In this document: positions 14,440 through 28,461 of the stretch, piece after piece | How the letters are laid out: each line of letters begins with the position of its first letter | How positions within the stretch are numbered: the stretch's first letter is position 1 | Source of the DNA: Eledone cirrhosa | Lineage: Eukaryota | DNA: 64,000 nucleotides | Assembly: GCA_964016885.1 (NCBI GenBank) | Contig: OZ024745.1 | Location: 100,688,001 to 100,752,000 of the forward strand | Reading direction: 5' to 3' | Notes under the pieces: generated by a model | What the model was told of the DNA's origin: nothing | Seen by the model: the letters and a program-made list of their open reading frames with translations, nothing else | The model's database searches: none | Made by a program: the position numbers and the translations under genes

Positions 14440-15540
14440 GTTTTATAAATAAATATTGACATACCCGGAAAAAAAGACAACCTTAACGGTTGGAGCTTCC
14501 TGGATAGTGGAGATAGTACATTTATTGAGGGTGATACAAAATTATGAGTGAGTATGCAAATGAGTGTCCGAAGGTTGAAAAGATAACGGTTTATTTAAAT
14601 TAAACTGTTGGAAGAAGATATGTAAGGGAGAGAGAAAAAAATAGAAAAAAGAAAAAAGAAAAAAAGAAAGGAGAAAGATAGAAGAGGAAAGAAAGAACGA
14701 TTATATATATTGATAGTGAAAATAGAGTGCATGAAGAGATAAATATAGACAGCATAAGTATATCTAAATGAGAGAAGAAATGAGAATAACGTGGAAGAAT
14801 AATATGTATAATGCAGGATTCATTACGTTTTGATTATAATACTTATAATGATAGGTTGAAAAATTAGATTTAAATTAAATTAAAATTATAAATATGAAAT
14901 CAAAATTAAAGATTAAAATTTACCTTAATATTAAAGATTTAATTTAATAATTAGTTTAAATGTTAAGGATTATAAATTATTTAAATAAATATATAGTATT
15001 TTACATTAGAGCAAAACTAGTATAGTTTATTTTATTAAAAGTTGTAAGTCAAAATTTAAACATCCAAATAATTCTAAATTTATGAAAAATTTACGAGAGT
15101 TTACAAAAGAATAACCACTTAGTTATATTATAAAAACAGTAAGGAAGTATAAAGGAAGTTAGAAGTCATTTTTTAAGAACTCAGATGACTCTAAGGATTA
15201 AATGTTATAAAGTTAAAAAGTTAAAAAATGTTTATCTTAAGAATATAATTAAAACATAAACCATATGTTATTTTATACGAAGTCATAAATTTACTTGCTA
15301 TAAAGTTAAAACATTAAGATTAAAACATAAAAAACGTATCTTAAGAATATATTTAAAGCATAAACCATAGGTTATTCCACATATATAAAAAAACCTATAT
15401 ATAAAAATCATATGTTTTTCCACATATATATAAACATTTGGATATATATATTAAAACCGTTTGAAGATATTAAAAAATATGAAAATATAAAAATATTGGA
15501 AGGTTGAAAATAATGGTTTTTCTATATCTTTCAAAGGAAT
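14440..15540 (-). mobile_element. Decayed PLE-related 3' fragment
   Basis: 14445-14590 aligns by eye with 37737-37870 (ataaatat(t)tgacat...accttaacggtt...tatgcaaatga). Flanked by TA. No readable ORF. Confidence 0.4.
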
Positions 15541-15781
15541 TTCGAAAGGATTTTTCTTAAAACCTTCCGTAAGTTTTTCAAGAAAAAAATTTCAAGGAAA
15601 AAAAAAATTCATATGACTGCTTTCAAGCAGTCATATGAATTTTTTTTAAAACGTTCCGTAAGTTTTTCAATAAAAAAATTTCAAGGAAAAAAAAAATTCA
15701 TATGACTGCTTGAAAGCAGTCATATGAATTTTTTTTTATAATCTATCGAATAATATAAAGTATATAGTATATATATGTGAA

Positions 15782-15832
<51 letters not shown>

Positions 15833-16355
15833 TAACAGATTAAAGATTAAGCAAAGAATCGTTGCTTTCACCCTTAACGGTATCTTCTGAAACTCAGAAG
15901 ACCCGTTAAGTGTGAAAGCAGCGATTCTTTGCTTAAACTTTAATCTGTTATTTTAATAAATAATTGCTCTACGGTTCTTATATATTTGATATATATTTAT
16001 CCTTATCGAGCCCTCTTTGGATTTTAGTCTTCACATTTATTATTATTACTATATATATATATATATAGTTGTGTATAATGATAGCTAATGTGCTTCCATA
16101 GGCGGTATGCCAAACTTAGCACTCGATATTCATCAGAGTAGAGTGTAGATATTATAAAGAAAACGAAAAATAAGTGATGCATCTGGACTTAATTTATTGC
16201 GTGTTACAATCGTTTCTCCGGCAGGTAGCTCGAGACGTGGTCCTTGTATGGATCCGACTAATTGTACTTCTGCAGGTTCATTCAAATATGAGTATTTCGT
16301 TAGGAGCAAATTTTATGTGATAAAATGTGATAAAATTTGCTCCAAACGAAATACT

Positions 16356-16446
16356 CGTGTCTGAATGAACCTGCAGAAGTAGAATCAGCCGGATCCATAC
16401 AAGGACCACGTCTCGAGCTACCTGCCGGAGAAACAATTGTAACACG
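16356..16446 (+). ncRNA. Type I hammerhead with 8-nt core variant
   Basis: cgtgt-CTGAATGA-extended stem II-GAAA-caattg-TA-acacg. 5-bp stem I and palindromic helix III. Confidence 0.7.
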
Positions 16447-16488
16447 CAATAAATTAAGTCCAGATGCATCACTGATTTTTCCTTTTCT

Positions 16489-16550
<62 letters not shown>

Positions 16551-16594
16551 AATAACAGGAGGCTGGACTGGTGTAATTCCTTGAAAGGTTTATT

Positions 16595-16652
16595 ATACTA
16601 TGATCATTTCAATGACCGGGTTCAGTATGAATCCGGTGACATCATCAGGTAT
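16595..16652 (-). ncRNA. Type I hammerhead ribozyme motif
   Basis: Minus strand: atac-CTGATGA-tgtcaccggattcatactgaacccggtcatt-GAAA-tgatca-TA-gtat. Confidence 0.82.
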
Positions 16653-17211
16653 TCGAAATATAACAAAGGAATATAATAGACAAAATGCATGGGGCTGAAA
16701 ACAGAGACATGAGGGCGACCAAACATTTAGCAGCTTCTACCCCGGTCATTGAAATGATCATAGTATAATAAACCTTTTAAGGAATTACACCAGTCCAGCC
16801 TCCTGTTATTTTATAATAATTAACTCCGTACTTGCCCCACCAACTACACAAACGAAGACGGGTGAGTTGCATTACGTTGAGTGCTCTCCATAATATTACA
16901 TCGAGGTTGACCATACGGAATGACCAGTTCTATCCAGTGGTAAATCAACAAAACTAAATAAAAAATAAAAAATATATATGTATATAAACAATGATTGTTT
17001 CCGAAGAAGACGGCCTGATCGAACCCATATATGAGGTCTGATAGTATACAGTTATATAACTGGTATAGATCAGGCAATATGTCAATATGATCGACCCTCC
17101 GAAACGATCGTAAAACAATGATATGAATAGGTAAAGTAACTTGACTTTGTTGTTTTTATTTTCATTGTTTATTCAATACCTAATATATATATATATATAT
17201 AATATATATAT

Positions 17212-17269
<58 letters not shown>

Positions 17270-17521
17270 ATACATATATATACATATACGTATATACATA
17301 TATACGTATATACATATACACACACACACACACACACTACACATGTTTAATATTTTGACAAATAATTATTGCTGTTGTGATTTAGCCTCGAGTCAATTGA
17401 TTCGACATTTGTTCAAACATATCCTAGACGTCTATTCTTTTTTTCTTTCCAGAAATAGTTTATGTATGGCAATGATGTCGAAACATTTTAGACCAACGTT
17501 TCTAGACATCAATGTTTTAAA

Positions 17522-17718
17522 AATTGTTTCTACTTTTGGCACAAGGCCAGCAATTATATATCCGTGTATTACTGGTACTTTATTTTATCGACCCCATAAA
17601 GATGAACGGCAAAGTTTACCTCGGTGGGATTTGAACTCAGATCATCATAAAGGGAGGTAACTCTATGCTTCAAAGCATGGCATCCGACCCTCTACCGACA
17701 CTGCCAATCCACGGCCCT
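17522..17718 (-). mobile_element. tRNA-derived SINE, full length
   Basis: Reverse complement of head, B box, core and 3' end. Confidence 0.88.
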
Positions 17719-18047
17719 TCAATGTTTTAATAATGTTGTCATTGGAGTGTCACAATTATACATTCACTTTAGTTTGAGGTAAATGCTTATAGATAAGACT
17801 TTTGTAACATAATATTGCATCCGGTATCACTGTTGACACGCGTGTCATAGGTGACACTTGTCTATGGCGACATATATCCAACGTATACTTACCTTTTTAA
17901 AAGAGGTCTACTGTGATTATGAAGGAGATTTAGCTGTTATTTCAAGCACGTAGATTCACTATATAGAGGCTCCTTCGTTAATTTTAATATTATATTTATT
18001 CACAATCGTTGTATTTAAAAAAAATGTTTAAATCACTAAGTTTAAAA

Positions 18048-18406
18048 CAAGAGCATGCAACAGGCGGCCCGCGGGCCACAATCTGACCCGCCAAACCAGT
18101 CAGAGTGGCTCGCGATGACTGTTTTTAATGTTGACCTTGTAGGCTTATTTAGACATTTTTTTCTTAACCGTAATACAATTTTCTGTTAGTTGACCTATAC
18201 TAAAGGGCCTCACTAATAGGGTTATGTGTGTTATAATTTCCCAGTTCCATGTTATTCGTCTTTATTGTTTAAAAATGTATTCACAATGTATTTATGACTC
18301 AACTCACTGGTTTTCATTAGATTACATATTTTTTAGAGTGACTGGCCCTAATAGTTGTTCCAATGTTCAAAAGTGGCCCGCCAGTGGAATATGTGGCACA
18401 CCCCTG
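18048..18406. mobile_element. Non-autonomous hAT (Charlie-like) MITE
   Basis: Degenerate CAGGGGTG-type termini, subterminal gcggcccgcgggcc and ggcccg motifs, and an 8-bp TSD gtttaaaa/ctttaaaa. Confidence 0.7.
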
Positions 18407-18437
18407 CTTTAAAACATAGAAACATAAAACAGCGAGA

Positions 18438-18630
18438 TAATGATTTCTAGTATCAGCACAAGGCCAGTAATTTGGGGGTAGGGGAAGTCGATTAAATCGA
18501 CCCCACTGCATTACTGGTACTTTATTTTATCGACCCCGTAAGGATGAAAGGCAAAGTTAACCTCGGTGGAAAGGGCTGTAACTCTATGCTGCAAAGTTTG
18601 GTGTCCGACTCTCTACCGATTCTACCAATC
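18438..18630 (-). mobile_element. tRNA-derived SINE, longer variant
   Basis: Reverse complement of SINE head, core and the ggggtcgatttaatcgact segment. Confidence 0.82.
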
Positions 18631-19106
18631 AAAAATCAACTACATTTATTCGGTAAATAAATGTTTCGAATGACAGAAAATGTCGAATACTTTTAATAAT
18701 CACAATTTTAATTATTAATTACACGGAAAGGCTATATCCGTTATTCTGAAATTTTCCAAATACGCAAATTGAAATAAATAGCAAATAAACTGAACAGCGA
18801 TAATTAATTTGAAATTACTTCTATTGCAGCATATCTTTAACAGAAATAGCTTCAGATATCTTCGGTTAACACTTCTGTAATTGGTGGGATCGCATTTTTG
18901 ATAATTAATTACTCTATTAGGGAGTCTGTGATTTAAAAATTCACTATCAGAACAGTAATTGCAACAGAAAATGGTCAGTATTGGAATGCCTTTTGATCGC
19001 TAAATCCACTTGATCCGATCAGAGATGACCTTGGACTAAAGACACTATCACAACCGTCACCAACACCACCAACACCACCACCGCCACCACCAACAACAAC
19101 AACAAT

Positions 19107-22100
19107 TAAACATACACATTCAATGACACACTAACACATACATATTGACAAACACACATACACATTCACTGACACACTAACACTCACATACATATTGACA
19201 AACACATACACATATACACAGACACACTAACACTCACATACATATTGACAAACACACATGCACATTCACTGACACACTAACACTCACATACATATTGACA
19301 AACACACATACACATATACACAGACACACTAACACACACATACATATTGACAAACACATACACATATACACAGACACGCTATCACACACATACATATTGA
19401 CAAACACACATACACATTCACTGATACACTAACACTCACATACATATTGACAAACACACATACACATATACACAGACACACTAACACTCACATACATATT
19501 GACAAACACACATACACATATACACAGACACACTAACACTCACATACATATTGACAATCACACATACACATATACACAGACACACTAACACTCACATACA
19601 TATTGACAAATACACATACACATATACACAGACACACTAACACTCACATACATATTGACAAACACACATACACATTCACTGACACACTAACTCTCACATA
19701 CATATTGACAAACACACATACACATACACTGACACACTAACACTCACATACATATTGACAAACACACATACACAAATACACAGACACACTAACACTCACA
19801 TACATATTGACAAACACACATACACAGACACACTAACACTCACATACATATTGACAAACACACATACACATATACACAGACACACTAACACTCACGTACA
19901 TTTTGACAAACACACATACACAGACACACTAACACTCACATACATATTGACAAACACACATACACAAACACACAGACACACTAACACTCACATACATATT
20001 GACAAACACACATACACAAATACACAGACACACTAACACTCACATACATATTGACAAACACACATACACATATACACAGACATACTAACACTCACATACA
20101 TATTGACAAACACACATACACATATACACAGACACACTAACACTCACATACATATTGACAAACACACATACACATATACACAGACACACTAACACTCAAA
20201 TACATATTGACAAACACACATACACATACACACAGACACACTAACACTCACATACATATTGACAAACACACATACACATATACACAGACACACTATCACA
20301 CACATACATATTAACAAACACACATACACATATACACAGACACACTAACACCGACATACGTATTGACAAACACACATACACACAGACACACTAACACTCA
20401 CACACATATTGACAAACACACATACACATATACACAAACACACTAACACTCACATACATATTGACAAACACACATACACATATACACAGACACACTAACA
20501 CTCACATACATATTGACAAACACACATACACATTCACTGACACACTAACACTCACATACATATTGACAAACACACATACACATATACACAGACACACTAA
20601 CACTCACATACATATTGACAAACACACATACACATATACACAGACACACTAACACTCACATACATATTGACAAACACACATACATATTCACTGACACACT
20701 AACACTCACATACATATTGACAAACACACATACACATATACACAGACACACTAACACTCACATACATATTGACAAACACAGATACACATATACACAGACA
20801 CACTAACACTCACATACATATTGACAAACACACATACACATTCACTGACACACTAACACTCATACATATTGACAAACACACATACACATATATACAGACA
20901 CACTAACACTCACATACATATTGACAAACACACATACACATACACACAGACACACTAACACTCACATACATATTGACAAACACACATACACAAACACACA
21001 GACACACTAACACTCCCATACATATTGACAAACACACATACACATATACACAGACACACTAACACTCACATACATATTGACAAACACACATACACATATA
21101 CACAGACACACTAACACTCACATACATATTGACAAACACACATACACATATACACAGACACACTAACACTCATATACATATTGACAAACACACATACACA
21201 TATACACAGACACACTCACACACACATACATATTGACAAACACATACACATATACACAGACACGCTATCACACACATACATATTGACAAACACACATACA
21301 CATTCACTGACACACTAACACTCACATACATATTGACAAACACACATACACATATACACAGACACACTAACACTCACATACATATTGACAAACACACATA
21401 CACATATACACAGACACACTAACACTCACATACATATTGACAAACACACATACACATATACACAGACACACTAACACTCACATACATATTGACAAATACA
21501 CATACACATATACACAGACACACTAACACTCACATACATATTGACAAACACACATACACAGACACACTAACACTCACATACATATTGACAAACACACATA
21601 CACATATACACAGACACACTAACACTCACGTACATTTTGACAAACACATACACATATACACAGACACGCTATCACACACATACATATTGACAAACACACA
21701 TACACATATACACAGACACACTAACACTCACATACATATTGACAAACACACATACACAAACACACAGACACACTAACACCCACATACATATTGACAAACA
21801 TAGATACACATATACACAGACACACTAACACTCACGTACATTTTGACAAACACACATACACAGACACACTAACACTCACATACATATTGACAAACACACA
21901 TACACAAACACACAGACACACTAACACTCACATACATATTGACAAAAACACATACACATATACACAGACACACTAACACTCACATACATATTGACAAACA
22001 CACATACACATATACACAGACACACTAACACACACATACATATTGACAAACACACATACACATATACACAGACACACTAACACTCACATACATATTGACA

Positions 22101-23400
22101 AACACACATACACACATACAGAGACACACTAACACTCACATACATATTGACAAACACAGATACGCATATACACAGACACACTAACACTCACATACATATT
22201 GACAAACACACATACACATATACACAGACACACTAACACTCACATACATATTGATAAACACACATACACATATACACAAACACACTAACACTCACATACA
22301 TATTGACAAACACACATACACATATACACAAACACACTAACACTCACATACATATTGACAAACACACATACACATATACACAGACACACTAACACCCACA
22401 TACATATTGACAAACACATATACACAGACACACTAACACTCACATACATATTGACAAACACACATACACATATACACAGACACACTAACACTCACATACA
22501 TATTGACAAACACATATACACAGACACACTAACACTCACATACATATTGACAAACACACATACACATATACACAGACACACTAACACTCGCATACATATT
22601 GACAAACACACATACACATATACACAGACACACTAACTCTCACATACATATTGACAAACACACATACACATATACACAGACACACTAACACTCACATACA
22701 TATTGACAAACACACATACACAGACACACTAACACTCACATACATATTGACAAACACACATACACATATACACAGACACACTAACACTCACATACATATT
22801 GACAAACACACATACACATATACACAGACACACTAACACTCACATACATATTGACAAACACACATACACATATACACAAACATACTAACACTCACATACA
22901 TATTGACAAATACACATACACATATACACAGACACACTAACACTCACATACATATTGACAAACACAGATACACATATACACAGACACACTAACACTCACA
23001 TACATATTGACAAACACACATACACAGACACACTAACACTCACATACATATTGACAAACACACATACACATATACACAGACACACTAACACTCACATACA
23101 TATTGACAAACACACATACACATATACACAGACACACTAACACTCACATACATATTGACAAACACACATACACATATACACAGACACACTAACACTCACA
23201 TACATATTGACAAACACACATACACATATACACAGACACACTAACCCCTACATACATATTGACAAAAACACATACACATATACACAGACACACTAACACT
23301 CACATACATATTAACAAACACACATACACACATACACAAACACACTAACACTCACATACATATTGACAAACACACATACACATATACACAGACACACACA
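19107..23400. repeat. 52-bp CA-rich minisatellite array (~80 units)
   Basis: Unit acacactaacactcacatacatattgacaaacacacatacacatatacacag, with 44-bp and 50-bp deletion variants. Confidence 0.97.
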
Positions 23401-25385
23401 CATAACGAGGCACACATGAACTGTCTTAGATAACTTTTATATACTAGTTTAAAGAATTCATACAAATTGCTAATGTAGTGTGTTTTGAGGATGCAGGAAA
23501 TGAGAGATTGAGGGGGAGGAAAAGTTTACAAACCAATTTACATTTTGTATATAAACTAGTTAAAGGGACGTATATATATAGCAGTATATAATAGTACTTA
23601 CAAGAAGCAATTTAGGCTGTGTATATAGTATGTAGAGTGTAAGTTTACAAAATATTAGTTACATGGTTATATGATTGTGATAAGTCGATCGTGAGCGAAG
23701 TGGAAAACTATTAAACGTAATACAGATAAGTATTACATATATTCTGAATCCAACATTACATAAAGCACTGAAACAATTACATTATATCTAGCACCAGAAA
23801 ACTGAATAAAATGTTAGGTGGAACTAAAAAGATATATTTGATCTAATATTATATTCAAAATAAAACGTTTATTCTGGCGTTTTGTTTTTTGTAGAAATGA
23901 ATGTAAGATATGCGATGCGTGCTTAAGATATATAAATGAATGCAAACAGCAAATCCAATTTTAATATAAATCTTTCATTTTTATGAGACACAGCTGGTAC
24001 GAAGGTATATACATGTTATGAGTGCCCTACTTCAGTTATAAGGTTTTTATTTTTAAAATGGCATGCTCCGGCTTAAGTACCAGGAGTCGCCGCTGACGAA
24101 AAGGGTATATAAGTGTTTTGAAACAATGTTATTGGATATAAGTTAATTCTTATTGATGACAATAACAAGACAACCAAAAGTGGACCATAAAAAATATCTC
24201 ACAAACGAATTTCTAAAAAGCAATTCTTTCTAAATAAAATTCTAAAAAAGAAATTACGAAAGTGAAATGACCAAGTTAAAAAGCCTAAGTATGTATGAAG
24301 AAGGTTTTAATAAAATCTTATTTATAATAACACTTGAGATATAATCAAATATAGAGAAATACGTAGACTGAATAGAATCTTGGAATCAAAACATCTTTAA
24401 CTAATATTCTTCAGTAACTTCAAACATTATTAATAAACGATGGAGCTAGAACATAAACAACCATAGATTTCTGTTCTTGATCTATTTAAGATTGTTCAGC
24501 AGATAACAAAAAAATACTAAATATGAAAATTAAGTTATCTTTGACATGTGTGAAGATTCCGACGATCTGTATCATGAGGCATTTTGGTGTTTTCATTTTC
24601 AAAATTGCTCTTCTGTGTCTCGCATACAACTTCTTATATAACTATTATCTACATAAGATTACAAGTAAGTGAAGATCCACAGAAGTTGTAAATTTTGTTA
24701 TTTTGTCTAATCGCATTGTTCTTTACTTAGTTCTTCCTACAACATTTTCTCTTATGTCTTTTAATCTTATTTCCCCTACTACCTTAATCTTTATTTATTT
24801 AGCTCCATATTAAGAGAAACAGAGAAACACCTTTCTGATTATCAAAATTAGATATATAGATATGCATTTCTAATGTTGGCTCTCTTTTCTTTTCATATGT
24901 TGTAAGTAGGCACACAATTCTATTCATATGAAATCAACCTTTATTTCTAAACCGTTAAGCAGTATCGTTAAACAACTGAAAATATAATGAAATTGATTAA
25001 AAGTAGAGATATTTCATTAACAAAGAGTGTTTTAAAAATATTCTGTATAAAATTATAAAGGTAAGAATCACTATATGGATGAGTATTGACGTCAATACTC
25101 ATCCTTTTCCATTTTCAGAGGGTTCTAAACCCCACTATCAGGCTATAATTTCTTTAGTTAAAAATGAGGCGAAAGCTTCTATTTCTAACAAATTTCAAAC
25201 TTCTTTTGTTGTTTCAAAACAAACTTGCCTTGTATATATATATATACATACATATACATTATATATATATAGATATATATACATACAACCATATAAATAT
25301 ATACATACATACATACACACACATACATACACACACAGACATACACACACACATATATTTATTTATATATATATACGTATGCATG

Positions 25386-25573
25386 CGGATTGGCAGTATC
25401 GGTAGAAGGTCGGATGCCATGCTTTGCAGCAAAGAGTTACGGCCCTTTATAGTCTGAGTTCAAATCCCGCCGAAGCTAACTTTGCCTTTCATCCTTACGG
25501 GGGTCGATAAAATAAAGTACCAGTAATACACTGGAATAATTGCTGGCCTTGTGCCAAAAGTAGAAACAATTAT
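25386..25573 (+). mobile_element. tRNA-derived SINE, full length
   Basis: A box, B box, core and 3' end. Confidence 0.9.
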
Positions 25574-25975
25574 TTGTGCTACCACGGGAAATACCAGCAC
25601 GAATAAACAACAATGTTATGAAGGAAATCATCTCAAGCAGAATCGAATCTATTCAACATGTAAAAGGTGTGTCCAGAGGAATGAACGGTAAAATATATTT
25701 CAATAATTACCAGCTTGCATACGAACTTCACTTAGTTGAAAATATTGATATTTATAATCTCAGAATCAGTATGAATCATCACTCCTTTAAGAGTGGACTA
25801 TTTTGAGAAATGTGGTTTATTAACAATGTCTGCATGAATATATTTTAAATGCTCGAGTCATGCGGATCTAAAGCTGAACTTCATTTGATCCTATACTGAC
25901 AATATCATAATACAGCCGTGTTAATAAATCGTATTGTAAAGAACAAAGTTAAATTAGACGGCATTCAGAATTAGC

Positions 25976-26066
<91 letters not shown>

Positions 26067-26080
26067 CATATAATATATAT

Positions 26081-26286
26081 ATGTGAGAAAAACCACAGAC
26101 CCTCCATCTCAACTCACCTTTTGAAAAGCAGAAGAACTGCGAAACCGGTAAAGGAACCAAATAAATATATATATTTTTTAAAAGACTTCAGTTGCATTTT
26201 CGATTTCATCTCTTTTTCTTTATACTTTCACTCGTGTAGGACACCTCAGTTATTTTTCATTTTGTAAAAAAAAACCTCACTTTCTA
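26081..26286 (+). mobile_element. Solo 3'-terminal (pLTR) copy of the Neptune element at 30275-33773
   Basis: Near identical to 33562-33773. Flanked by (TA)n. Contains the HHR motif at 26117-26154. Confidence 0.9.
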
Positions 26287-26350
<64 letters not shown>

Positions 26351-26353
<3 letters not shown>

Positions 26354-26866
26354 AAATAGGGTTTCGCTTCAAGTATAGCTTTATACAATATGTATAAATA
26401 TTTTGTATCTCCAAAGAAATACAGTTTAAGGAAGCCGTAGCTATGCAAACACCGTGGGGGGGGGGGGGGAGGCTAACGCCCTCTAGTGATGTCCAGCAGA
26501 AGCAAGGGGCACAACCGTCAATGCATTTCAGGCTTAACTGGCCATCGTCAGGACGGTCCCTCCCACCTCTTGCGACTGCTGTACTAGAAGACAGGCGAGA
26601 ATATATACTTTTCTCGTCTGTGTAAATTAGGTGATTAATCTCATGTGCATATGAAGCTGCATAAGTTGGCTCAACTTATAATAAAAAAGAAATAGGTTTC
26701 GCTTCAGGCAGAGCTTTATACAATATGTATAAATATTTTATATCTCCTTTTTTATCCTTGCTTCTGCTGGACATCACCAGAGGGCGTTACCCCCCCCCCC
26801 GTGTTTGCATAGCTACGGCTTCCTAAAACTGCATTTCTTTGGAGATACAAAATATTTATACATATT
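26351..26866 (-). mobile_element. Non-coding HHR-bearing insert: partial tandem (336-nt period) plus inverted arm
   Basis: Direct repeat 26351-26412 and 26687-26746. Inverted arms about 26387-26506 and 26756-26866. TA flanks. Confidence 0.75.
26514..26557 (-). ncRNA. Type I hammerhead ribozyme motif
   Basis: Minus strand: accgtc-CTGACGA-tggccagttaagcct-GAAA-tgca-TT-gacggt. 6-bp stem I and palindromic helix III. Confidence 0.85.
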
Positions 26867-27077
26867 ATATATATATATATATATATATATGGGTCCTGTA
26901 TTTTCGTTGCTCGAGTGATGCGGTCGGACTGCCGACTGCTATATCTAATTTGCTAAGCTGTCTGAACATAATGTTATACTCTGGGGTCTTACCTCATATG
27001 AGTGGTAAAGCTACAAACCGAATAAGCATACACGTTAGCTTGGCCGTACACTAGAGCTTCGTCTATGCTGTACTAAA

Positions 27078-27181
<104 letters not shown>

Positions 27182-27212
27182 ATATATACCTATATATATA
27201 TATATATATATA

Positions 27213-27255
<43 letters not shown>

Positions 27256-27415
27256 ATGGAACTTAGTTTCTCTACAGACGTCACGTACATCGAACAGCAA
27301 GAAGTCACAAAACTTCTCGGTTCTGTACTCTATCACCCACCTCTTCCTATGTTATATTAAATAGTTTTAAATCTCATGCCATTCCCACTCACTTCACCCA
27401 CATCTTTCTCTCTCA

Positions 27416-27464
<49 letters not shown>

Positions 27465-27613
27465 TGTTATACTGGGGGGGGGGGTCATATTGTTATAATA
27501 TTGCCAGTATCAAAAACCTTGCAAAACAAATATATATATATATATATGTTGTCTGCCCCGTCGTTATCGAGTATGGCCATTGCACGATATACCATTATTA
27601 ATAATTATTATTA

Positions 27614-27711
27614 ATTAACTTTGCCTTTCATCCTTACGGGGTCGATAAAATAAAGTACCAGTAATGTACTGGTTAATTGCTGGCCTTGTGCCAATAGTAG
27701 AAACAATTATT
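27614..27711 (+). mobile_element. 5'-truncated SINE
   Basis: Core and 3' end only. Confidence 0.85.
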
Positions 27712-27729
27712 TAATTCTATCGTGCAGTG

Positions 27730-28163
27730 CCTGTGCATTAAGATATTTTTTAAAGTGAGGAAAGACTGTGCACTGAGCCAATCAAACTCTCTGAGCGACA
27801 GTAGCTATAACCCGAAAAGAAGAAAAGATCAACATCATCGGTAACTACAGGTTTTATATCGGAGTTATCCCAGTTTCCTGGGTTGCCTTCTCCTAGAAGA
27901 ATACCCTGACAAAGGCCCTTCACTCCCAGTGGTTTAACCGCGCGGTACATGTATATATACATATTTACATACTTTCGGATGGCCGTTGACTCTTATGAGT
28001 TCTTCCGCCCTTTGTCAGGTTTTGTTGTTTGTCCTGCAGGGTGTCCAATATCACCCTCCTCACCAAGTAAACTTGGTGGAGTTGCCGGTTTAGTCGCCGA
28101 CGACCCGACCATGCGACAGGTTGCACTGGGTTACATGTTACCAGAAGCACGCAAGAGTGACCC
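27730..28163 (-). mobile_element. RTE-type 5' UTR fragment
   Basis: Homologous to 29770-29986 (ctaggagaaggc/aaa motif) and, at its 5' end, to 61270-61362, which precedes an RTE ORF. Confidence 0.6.
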
Positions 28164-28196
28164 GACATAGATATATACATACATACATACATACAA

Positions 28197-28270
<74 letters not shown>

Positions 28271-28461
28271 CATATATAAACCCTCAAATCATACAAGCTG
28301 TCTTTAAAGAGATACGGATACACTGAGTAATGTAGCTCTAGATACTAAGTCTGATTAGATGCTCACAAGGGACAAAGGTATACAGTCCTTTGCTCTATGT
28401 TTCAGTCAACCAATGTCTCTGAACACACAGACGAGCGCGAGTAAATAAAAGCAAGACATGA

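Larger units (their letters stand above)
15827..17660 (+). repeat. Right arm of the ~1.75-kb inverted duplication (likely source copy)
   Basis: Reverse complement of 10952-12667. Continues into an intact SINE head (to 17718) that the left arm lacks. Confidence 0.93.

Noticed and set aside
19755-23140. His/Thr-rich ORFs and CRISPR-like periodicity
   Set aside because: Tandem satellite without unique spacers. Eukaryotic context and no cas genes.
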